From the IMG/VR virus record IMGVR_UViG_3300033571_022590, positions 1 to 64,000 of that record: a stretch of DNA of 64,000 bases; one strand, given 5' to 3'. The notes below the pieces were generated by a model that made no database searches, was not told where the DNA came from, and worked only from the letters and a program-made list of their open reading frames with translations. A program made the translations under genes and the position numbers. Position 1 is the stretch's first letter. Every line of letters begins with the position of its first letter. The stretch is from an uncultured virus (IMG/VR IMGVR_UViG_3300033571_022590). Lineage: Duplodnaviria; Heunggongvirae; Uroviricota; Caudoviricetes. Positions 18,301 through 30,300 of this stretch are shown one piece after another.

Positions 18301-21300
18301 TTGATCCTGTGTTGCAGATTCCGCTCAAGTATCTTACTCTTGAAAACGTGGGCGATATTGTGTTTGATAACAATCTCTACAAGGACACATTTGTTTACAC
18401 ACGTGAAAATGTTAGTGTGACTCTAGACATCAGTTCAGGATCTGCTAGAGAATACAATGTGTCCATGGGCGTGTCTAGCACAAACGGCATAAACAGTACA
18501 ACGAGCACGACATCTGTCTCAACTTTGACTGCTACCGGTACTGAAGAGTTTGCACGTCTTATAGGTTGGCAAAATGCAGTGACTACCAGCAAGACCTACC
18601 AGCAGTTTAAATTTATCTATGACGGAACCACGCTCAAACTGGATGTGGTTGTGCTTGATCAATTTGCCAGCGCGGTTCCTGTAATAAAAATTTATGTTGG
18701 CAGTCAGTTCCAAGACCCCAGCACGTACATCTATGCTACCAACACTGACAGCACCACAATTACACTCAACAAAGAGTATGTGCTAGGCGATATTGTTGAA
18801 GTCTTGGTGTTGAGTGATCAGGTCAGCAAGGTTGCATTCTATCAAGTACCCTTGAATTTGGAAAACAATCCGCTGAACATAAACAGTCAAAGTTTTAGTC
18901 TGGGCACCATAAGACAGCACTATCAAAGCATCTGTGAAAATTTACCAGATATTTCAGGCGCAATTTCTGGGGCCAATAATACCAGAGACTTGGGTGACAT
19001 TGGACCGTATGGTTTGATTATTTTGCAACAGAGTGCACCGTTGACGTTGGCTGGATATTTCTTGCGCAGTGAAAAATACAATATTTTTAATTCTCTAACT
19101 TATAACAGCCGAGAGTATATCAAATACAAAAATCAATTGTTGGAATCAGTGACCCAACAACAAATTAATTTTCAAACAGCAGGAGAAATATTAGATGCAG
19201 CCATAGCTGACATCACCGCTGGTCGAGTAGAAACACAGTCGTTTTACTGGAGTGACATGTTGCCGTCGGGTGCTGTGTATATTCAAAACACATACACGGT
19301 GTCGTTTGTTACTACCAATGTATTTGACACCGTGCAGGTATACAACTTTGCTTCAGCCAACTATCTGGGACTCAGTGTGTATGTGAATGACGTGCTTATT
19401 ACTCGTGGCATGGACTACGTAGTGGCCACTGACGGACCACGTTTGACTATTATCAAAATGTTAGAAATTGGTGACACAGTGACTATACGTGAATACAGTT
19501 CCACTTATGGCACATTCTGTCCCAATACTCCTACCAAAATGGGACTGTATCCGGCTTATCTGCCAGAAATAACCACACAACGCACTACCACAGGTGAACA
19601 AACTGTCTTGATTGGTCATGATGGTAGTGTCACAAAAACTTTTGGTGACATACGTGATCAAGTATTGTTGGAGTTTGAAACTCGAATCTACAACAACATC
19701 AAACTGGATGGCAACCCTTGTCCCTTGTTAGCAACCAACGTACTACCTGGACAGTTCCGTGTCACCGGTTACAGCACAGATGAAATCAACAATATTTTGA
19801 ACACAGAATTTTTGAGCTTTGTGGCCACTAACAAACTAAACTATCGCGAACAAGATTATAATGCCAACAATGAATTCAGCTACAATTATAGTGGTGCTCA
19901 AGGCCGACTCGACAACAAAAATTTGCTAGGGGCCTGGCGTGGTATCTACAGATACTATTATGACACGCAACAACCAGAATCTACGCCTTGGCAAATGCTG
20001 GGCTTCAGTGAAAAACCTGTCTGGTGGGACGTGACTTATGGCACTGTACCCTACACCAGTGAAAACTTTGTGTTATGGGATGACTTAGAAGCTGGCTTGG
20101 TGCGTGATCCAGCTGGTGCTTATATTTTGCCTGAATACGCACGCCCAGGCCTAAGCGAAGTCATACCCACTGGTGATGAAGGACAATTATTGAGCCCATT
20201 CAACAGCGTGGTAGGCACTTTTGATCAAAATCAATTCCGCAAGAGTTGGAGCCTAGGAGATGGATCTCCAGTGGAAGCTTCGTGGTGGAACAGTTCTAGT
20301 TATCCATTTGCAGTCATGCGCTTGTTGGCTCTTACAAGACCGGCCAAGTTTTTTGCCTTGTTTGCTGATAGAGATTTATATCGTTACAACACAGAGTTTG
20401 ATCAGTTCTTGTACAATAACCGCTATAGATTGGATGCCAACGGCGTTGAAGTTTACGGCGACGGTATCAGCAAGGCCAGTTATATCAATTGGATAGTTGA
20501 CTACAATCGACAAAGCGGTTTAAACAGCACGGAATTATTAACCAATGACTTGGCCAATCTTGATGTGAGGTTGTGCTACAGAATGGCCAGCTTCTCAGAC
20601 AAGAAATTCATAAAGCTATTCACTGAAAAATCCAGTCCAGAGTCTACCAATACCAGTTTCCTGATTCCAGACGAAAGCTATGCCTTGCTGTTGTACAAAA
20701 ATCAACCATTTGATCGAGCCAGTTACAGTTCAGTGCTGATACAACAAGTTCCGGGCGGATATGCAGTGTTTGGCTACAGCACCTATCAGCCCTATTTTAA
20801 CATCTTGCAAAGCCAGGCCACTGGAAAACTACGAACCATTAGCACAGCTGGAGTCAGTGTGCGAGTTCCTACCTTCTACACCAGTCGTGTTGCACAGATA
20901 CCATATGGTTATGTGTTCACTGACATCACAGCAGTCAGTGACTTTTTGTTGAGTTATGGCAAGTATCTTGAAGGGCAAGGACTTAGCTTTACCAACACTG
21001 CCAATGGTTATCAGCTGGACTGGAATCAAATGGTAACTGAATTCCTGTACTGGAGTCAACAGGGTTGGGAAGACAATTGTCTTATTGCTATCAATCCCTT
21101 GGCACTCAAGCTCAGTGTCAGTAAACCCTTTGCCGTGGTTGACGATATACAGGCACAGACTTCAGAAAATATTTTATTGGATCAAAACCGCAAAGAGTTA
21201 CCTACTCGCAATCTCAATATTGTGCGCATGGGCAATGAATTCACAGTGGAGCCAGCCAATGATCAAACCCTAAGTTTTATAGATCTAAAATATACCAGCT

Positions 21301-24300
21301 ACGAACACATGATTGTGCTAGACAATGTGTCAGTATTTGGTGATTTGATCTACAATCCCCCTACCGGAGCCAGGCAAAGTCGTCTTAATCTTGTAGCTGT
21401 GACCACTACCGAGTGGAACGGCAGTGTGGATGCTCAAGGCTTCATAATAAATCAGGACAATGTGGAGCCCTGGAGCGGTCATAGAACCTATGCCAAGGGC
21501 GAAATTGTCAAGTACAAAGACAACTATTGGTCAGCTGCTACAATTGTTCAGCCCAGTGAAGTTTTTGATTTTAATGACTGGTTGCAGAGCGATTACACAC
21601 AGATTGAACTTGGACTTTTACCCAACCTTGCCAACAAAGCCGATCAATTGGTCAATTCCTACAACATTAACACAGCCAATCTTGAACGCGATACGGATCT
21701 ATTAAGCTATGGATTGATTGGATTCCGACCAAGGCAGTACCTGGCCGCAATTAATCTTGACGATGTAAGCCAGGTCAACGTTTATCGACAGTTCTTGGGC
21801 ACCAAAGGCACGCTGTTGTCAGCTGAATTATTCAAACAGGTCAATCTAGGCAAAGAGTTAGCCGAATATGAAATTTTTGAAAATTGGGCAGTGCAACGAG
21901 CTGTGTACGGTGCCAATGCCAATCGCAGCTATTTTGAATTACGGTTAAATCGAGCTTTGCTCAACGCCAGTCCCAGTCTGGTGCAAGTTGTGGCATCTCA
22001 ACAAACCAGTGAAGCTGATCAGTCCATACAAGTGGGCGATATTTGGCGTCAAAGTTACAAAATCAACAGCCCGGACATATTGCCTACCACGGTAGCTGTA
22101 CCCGCAGACACTGCCTTGCCCACAGCTGGCTATGTGAATCTTGACGATGTTGATATCACAGTGTTTGACATCAGTGACAGTGCCAGCCTTGAAGCCAATC
22201 TAAACGAAATTGGTGTTGGTACCAGTATCTGGGTAGCCAAGGTCAACAATTACGACTGGGACATATATCGTGCCGAAGCTGTACCGGGCACTATAAGTCA
22301 CGTATGCGATAATCTTGACGGTACCAGTCGTGTGATTTTTACTCTGCAACATGGTATCACAGTTGGACAACAGGTTATTATAAGATTTTTTGACAGTGAA
22401 GTTGATGGAGTTTACACAGTTCTAAGTGTCAGTAATCTCAATACCATCAACATAGCATTTAGGTTTACAGGCAGTAGAACCGTGGTGAATGGTATCGGCT
22501 TGGCCTTTACACTGCAAACCATGAGAGTTGCACAGGCCAGTGATGTGATTGACCTGCCTTATGCCAATCAAATTGCAGATGGAACCACAACCTGGGTCGA
22601 CGACGATGGCAACGGTCGTTGGGTAGTTTTGCAAAAACAAAACGTATTCACACCGGTTAGTGAGCTTTCACCACAGATACTGGATGCAGAAGAAAATTAC
22701 GGAGTGGTGGTAAAACAAGCAATTGACAAATTTGCTGCATTTGTTGGCAGTCCACGTTATGGTTTTGGCACAGGTACTCAAACGGGTGCTGTTTACACCT
22801 ATGTAAACAACTTTGGCACTGCTTATCAACCTATTAGTCCTGTGGAAAGTGGTGATGCCATAATCACTCTTGCTACTACGGGTGTTAGAAATCTTGGAGC
22901 CAGCATCGCAGTGGGTAGTCAGGCCTGGCTAGCAGCCGGTGCTCCAGGTAGTCTGGGCGGTGCTGGCCAAACCAACAGTGGGTATGTCACTGTGATTTAT
23001 CGAGATTACAACACATATCAGGCAGGTGACAATCCCTATGTGGTATGGCAATTACTGACCACACCTGGTAACATCAACACTGATCAAGGTCGTTTTGGTG
23101 CTGGCATAACCATGTGTGCCAACGAAAACTGGTTGTATGTGGCAGAGCCAGATGTAAATCGTGTTTATGCTTACAACCGCATAAATTACCAATATCAGTT
23201 TTTGTCGGCCTTGGGTGACGGCATCACCACAAGCTATGACATTAGCAACAACATACAAATTGACGAAGCCACACAGATTCAAGTCACAGTGAATGGTGTG
23301 TTACAGGTATTAAACGTGAACTACACAGTGAATATTTCATTTACCACTGTGACCTTTACCACAGTCCCCAGCGCAGGTTCTGCTGTGCTAATTGCAAGAC
23401 CATTCTTGTTACAGCTGGATTACGCTCAGTATTACAGCTTGACTGCCACTGGAGCGACAACTGGTACAGGTGCCTTGTTTTCAATCAATCGCATACGTGG
23501 CACCGTAGAAGTTGGTATTCAAGCCGGCGGTTCAGGTTATACCAATGGTGAGACACTGACTATACCAGCCACCAGTTTTGGAGGAGGATCTTCGCCAGCC
23601 AACGATGTTACCTTTGTTATAACTGTGGTAGCTGGCAAAATTGTTCAGCTGACCGGTGTTTCCTATACTCCGCCTGCCTTGCAGAGCACATTTAGTTTGA
23701 ATGAACTTTTCTTCACTGCTACCACCTTAAACAGTTTTACAGTGTTGGTAAATGATGTGATACAAAGGCCACACATTGACTACACCTTCAATGCTGGCAC
23801 GCAGGATTTATCATTCCTTGTAAATCCAGGTGCCGGAGCAATTATAAAAGTTCGTGCTGACAGTTATTTTAACTACGTGGGAGAAATCCCCACAGCTGGA
23901 CTTGGTTTGCAACCTGGAGATGATTTTGGCGCCGCATTGAGTTGCACCACAGATGGTAGACAAGTCATGATTGGTGCTCCCAACTGCACCGTTGATGGCG
24001 AAGTTGAAGCCGGTTGTGTATATGTGTTTGACAGAAATGTTCAACATTTTATCTACACACCGAGCTCCACACCTACCTTTGTGCTGGCTGGTTCAGGATT
24101 GACGCCGCTGGCTGTGAGTGTGAATGGTCAGTATTTGATTGATGAAGCCACTACAATTGTAGGCAATCCAGGCACGTACAGTGTCAGCGGTAGCACAGTG
24201 ACTATCAATCAAACACTGAATGTGGGTGACAGTATTGAAATAGAAACAGACCAGTTTCGTCTATTGCAACGAATCACACAGGAACAGCCTGCACAGTACA

Positions 24301-27300
24301 GCAACTTTGGACAAGCAGTTGATCTATGCTCGTATAATTGCAGTCTTTATGTTGGAGCTCCAAACAGTAGTCTACAGGTCATTAAAGGTGGCGTGGTTGA
24401 GCGCGAAATAAATCAAGCACGTGTTTATGGTATTATAACCTCCACAGTGTCCAATCCCACGCTTACAGCTGGTGATACCCTGCGGGTCAACAATGTTGAT
24501 GTGATTATACCATCTGCCCCAAACAACAATATTGTGGGCTTGGCCAGTGCTATTAATTCTACCGCTCCAAATGCCACAGCCACAGTTACCTCAGCTGGAT
24601 ATCTGACCATATCTGTGACCAATATTGATGCGGCTGTGCCCGGAAACTTGTTGCAAGTGGCACCAGGCAGTGTGGGTTCAGCTTGGGCGGCCTTGGGCTT
24701 TGATATATTCAGTTACACACAAACCATATTAAGTCCCTACGCAGTTGATTTTGCTGGGTTTGGAACCAGCATTAGCTTGGACGAAACAGCAACAACCTTG
24801 ATAGTAGGTGCTCCACAAGGCACCATGTATCTCATCACAATTTTTGATGATGGTACCACAGATTTTGATGCCAATGCCACAACCTTCTTTACAACCATAT
24901 TGCAAAGCGGTGCGGTGTATACTTACAACTTGTTGAATTCTGCCAACAGCAGTGCCAGCAATCCTGACAAGTTTGTGTTTGGTGAACAAATCAGTATCAC
25001 TGATGTGGCCTATCTTGATCAGCTGGGAGCGTCAGTGGACTACTTGAGTGGCAGTCTTTGGTTGGGTGCGCCCGGCAGTGATGTGGGCGACAGCAGCACC
25101 AGTAACTATGGAAAAGTGTTTGTTTGGCAAAATGCTGAACGACAAATGACCTGGATTCCAAAATACATTCAACAACCCACTGTGGATGTAAGACTGTTGA
25201 ATTCAATATTTCTGTATGATAGAATAACATCTTCAACCACGGAGTTCTTGGATTTCTTCAATCCCTTGCAAGGAAAAATTCTTGGCGCTGCCCGACAAAA
25301 TATTGACTATATTGGTGCCGTTGATCCAGCATTTTACAACGTGGGTCCACAAAATATTCTTGGGACCACATGGGCCGCCAATCACGTGGGAGAAATTTGG
25401 TGGGATATCAGCACGGTGAGATTTATTGATCCCAATCAGGATTCCATTGTGTATGCATCAAGACGTTGGGGACAAATTTTTCCTGGCAGCACAGTTGACA
25501 TCTATCAGTGGATCGTGAGCACGGTTCCGCCAGCTGAATATGCTGGCCCTGGAACTCCAGCCAGTCTTGTAAGCTATACTATTAACACAGTGCTCAGTGA
25601 TGATGGCTCATTCAACACGCAGTATTTTTACTGGGTACGCGGATTACCCACAGTGGCCACACAAAAAGGCAAGACACTCAGTACCAACAGTATCAGCAAC
25701 TATATTGCTGATCCACGTTCTACGGGCATAGCCTATCTTGCACCCATAAACTCCAGCACTTTTGCATTGTACAACTGTGAGAATCTTATAGAAGCACAGG
25801 ACACTATTCTCAACATTGAGTTTGATCAACAACTCAACAACGACAATGTACACGTTGAATATGAGCTGGTGGCGCAGGACAAATCCAACAGTTTCTTGAG
25901 TGACAATCTGTATAGAAAACTGCAGGACAGTTTCTGTGGTGTTGACAGCTTTGGAAATCTAGTTCCAGATCCTACCTTGAGTCCTGCAGAACGGTACGGA
26001 GTACAATTTAGACCCAGACAAAGCATGTTTGTCAACAGATTTGTTGCACTCAAGAACTATATCACTCGAGTGAATTCAATTCTGCGTCAGTATCCTGTGA
26101 GTGAAAATAGAGTTTTGTCATTGTTGAACAGCAAAGAGCCACTGCCAGGAGTCAACAGTGGCCTCTACAATGCCAGTGTACCCACCAGAGAAATACTAGA
26201 TTTCCAAAACATCTATGCCGTGCCACTGGGCTACAAGTATCTTGTGGTCAGCGATGATACCAATCGCGGTTTATGGACCATATATCAGGTCAGCCCCAAT
26301 CCCACGATCTTGGACAGTTTCACCAGCACAGGATCTTTCATAAGCGGCAATACTCTCAACATTGGAGTATTGACTTCTGGAACCATTACCGTGGGTCAAC
26401 TTGTGACTGGCATTGGAGTTGAAAGTGGCATTATTATTGTCAGCAACATTAATGGTGGCAGCTCAAGTGGATCAGTTTGGGTTATAAGCAAAATAACCAA
26501 TGTGCCCACAACCAATATCAATGGTGCCGCACCACGTGAATTGATACTGTTCAGGGTACAAAACTTCAACACACCTGATTACTGGAGTTATATTGATTGG
26601 TATTTGCCCGGTTACAACAGCAGTATCAAGCCCGTGGCCGAAGTCAATAACTTTTCTGAATTGACTACCTTGAATGTACCTATAGGTAGCAGTGTGCAGG
26701 TTAAAGCCAATGCACAAGGCAAATTTGAAATTTACCTACGCACCGATGTGGGTTACGAGCGTGTGGCCCTGCAGGATGGAACCATAGAAATTTCTGCTGA
26801 AATTTATGACTATGCATTGGGACGTTTTGGTTTTGACCTTGAAGTGTTTGACGCACAATATTTTGATCAAGAACCCGTGATTGAAACAAGAAAAATAATT
26901 CAGGCTATTAATGAAGAATTATTTGTTGGTGATCTAGAAATAGAAAGAAATCGAGCTTTGGTGTTGATGTTCAACTATGTGTTGAGTGAATTTTCAGCAC
27001 CTGAGTGGTTGGTCAAAACCAGCCTGATTGATGTGGCGCACAAAATTCGCGAACTGTTACCGTTCCAAAATTTCAGTCCAGACAATCAAGAATTTGTAGT
27101 GGACTATATTCAAGAAGTAAAGCCTTACCATGTGCAAGTTCGTGAATTCAATTTGCAATACTTTGGCAGTGATACCTTTCTAGGGGATCTTGTAGATTTT
27201 GATTTGCCAGCCTACTATGACACTACATTGCCAGTACCACAATTTGTGAGTCCTGTGTTGACTCCTTACGCCATAGCCACCAATGATGTAAGCAATGTAT

Positions 27301-30300
27301 TAAGCAATGTTCCGCCCACCAGTCAGTTATGGGAAACTTGGCCTTATAATCAGTGGTTTGCCAACTACCTTTTGACCCTGACATCAGTGCGAGTGGCACG
27401 CCAGGGTTCTGGATACACCACTGTACCACAGATTACATTTGAGGGCGGTGGCGCAACTACACAAGCCACTGGAGTGGCTGTGATAAACAGCGTGGGTCAG
27501 GTTGTAGCCATCAATGTGACCAACCCCGGCAGCGGCTATAGATCAAGACCCACAGTCAATATCACAGGTGGTAATGGCTCCGGTGCAGAAGCCTACGCTG
27601 TGCTTGACAATCCCTTGGTTCGCGAATTCAAAACTACAATAAGATATGATCGAGTCCAATATCAAACCAGCGTGCAAACCTGGAACAGCGAATCAACCTA
27701 TTTAAATGGAACACTGGTTCGTTATGACAATCAAGTTTGGTCAGCCAGCAACATCGACGGCAGTTCTGCAGTGACCGGACCCACGTTTGATCTTGAAAAC
27801 TGGACCCTGGTAGATGCAGCCACATATCAATATCCAGGATCTGGAGCAAACACTGGTCTAACCGGTGTAGATCGCACAGCAGGTTTGTATGTGCCTGGAT
27901 TTAACAATCCTGGTCTAGACCTCCCACTCTTGGTTGACGGTATTGATTATCCAGGAGTACAGGTCTGGGGTGATTATTTCACTGGTACAGAGCAACTTGA
28001 TGCCATATATCAAAGCAGTTTTAGTGATGTGTTTTTGGGTACCAGACCATCAGATATCAATATAGATGGTGGACAATTTGTAGGACCCTACGAAGGGCAT
28101 GCTCCAGAAGAATTGGTTAATGGCAGTGAATATGACACGCTGGATTTGAGAGTTTATACAAGGCCCGGCAGTGACTGGCAACTAGACGGTCATGGATTCC
28201 AGATAAAAAATATCAACTATATCTATCGTCCTGTCACCAGCAGTAGTCTTAGCTATGCTGGCCAGGTTGAACACCCTGTGGAACTTGTGGTCAGTAATCA
28301 AACCACAGGTAAAGTTTACAATTTTGGTGTGGATTATTTTATCAACTATGCCACACAAAGAGTGGAAATTGTGGCTGGCAAGGCCTCCACGGGCGACATC
28401 ATCAACATCAGTGTGTATGAACTAGGTGGCGGCGCTCAACTTTATAGAGTAAATTACGTTGGTGATGAAATTCCTGAAGGCGAGTTTTTTGTTCCGGTGA
28501 GCAGTGCTGAAATACTGACTATAGCGGTGTTTGTCAACGGTGATATTTCACCAATTCCAAGCTGGGAGCCCTACATAGATGTGCCAGCCTGGGACATCCT
28601 TGAAGCCTATCCAGTCAACAGCATTGTTGAGGACTCAGGCACATATTACCAGGCCATTGACACTGTGCCAGCAGGTACCAGCATAGCTGATCAAGATTAC
28701 TGGGTAGTCTACGTTCCAACCTTGTTGAGCAAGGTCACCATGCCAAATCCTCCGCTGTCTGTTGAAGGTGTTTCTGTAGTAGTGTTTGGCTATAACTATG
28801 TGGCAGCAAATCAACTCATTCGTGGACGTCAATACACTATTAGTAGCGTGGGCAACACCGAGTGGACCACGCTTGGAGCTGTCAACGATAATGTGGGCAC
28901 CACATTTATAAGAAATAACATTGATCTAGGATCTTATGGTACTGGAGTGGCCACCACCAACTTTACCTGGAGTGTGCCAGTCACTCAGCAGGCCACTGTG
29001 ACACCGGCCGTGATCAACATTGGTGGTGTACAACTTGTCAATGAAATGACTGGTACCAATCCTGCCAATATTATTGTCAATGTGAATGGAATCAGACTTA
29101 TTCCTCCCGCTGGTATTGAGTGGATTGGCGACGGAAGCAGTGTGAGTTTTGGTTTGCCACAACGTCTGGGCGCCAGTTTCCAGCAGAGCACTATTAATGC
29201 TACGCAAGACATTCAGGTCTGGATTGATGCCATACCGCAAAGTCAGGCCGCAGGCGATTACTCGGTGACTAACTGGGATGGCAGCAACACTCCAGGTCGA
29301 CAAGTGGTGTTTGCTATCCCCCCAGTACCTGGCGCAAGAATTTTAATTTCTGTCAGTACTTTGGCTGACTACAAGGTAATCACCAACAATATTGGTCCAT
29401 TCCTGGCCTTGAACATAGCACCAACACTGGGCGATTTGATCAGCATCACCAGCTGGAATGATACCAGCCAACAAAATTTGTTGACTCAAGTGTTTGTAGG
29501 ACCCATTGTGTTAGGCACAATTATTGAAGAACCTTTTGACAGCGGAGACTTTGATGCTGGCCTAATCACAGGCGGACCAGGCACATTTGACTACAGCGTG
29601 GGTGCCAGTGTGGCAACCAATCAACTGTATCTTGAAGGCACAGACATCACTGGCACCAGATTGTGGGTGACCTTGAATGGTGAACGTCTGTTTGAAGGTC
29701 AAGATTTTGTGATCACCAACAACGAAATAGTGTTGGCTCAAGGCGCCATAGCACTCAGCGATGTCTTGGCAGTAACACAATTTACTAACAGTGTGGTACC
29801 TGAAAGCTGTGCTTTCCGTGTGTTCCAAGACATGCGTGGCACACAAGCCACATATAGAATAACTTTGGCAACCACCACGGTGTTGACTCAGGATCTTGCT
29901 GCAGATGACGACGTCATCTATGTTGAAAATGCAAGACTTTTAACAGAGCCCAATCTAGTTGAGGGACGTCTCGGTATCATCACCATCAATGGTGAAAGAA
30001 TCATGTATCGAGTGCGTGACATTGCCAACAACACCTTGAGTGAGCTACGTCGTGGCACAGCAGGCACAGCCGCAGCTCCGCATCAAGCTGGAGTAGATGT
30101 CTATGACCTGGGCCGCGGAAATATCCTGGCACCACAATATCAGGATTTTGTTGAAAAAGATTCCACGTACGGGGATGGCAGTACCACAGTATTTGATGCG
30201 CCAAGTTTGACCACGTTTGATTTTGGCGATAGCTCTAGTATATTTGTTGAAAGTATTGAAGTCTATGTGGGCGGAACACGTCAATACACGCTGGGACCCA

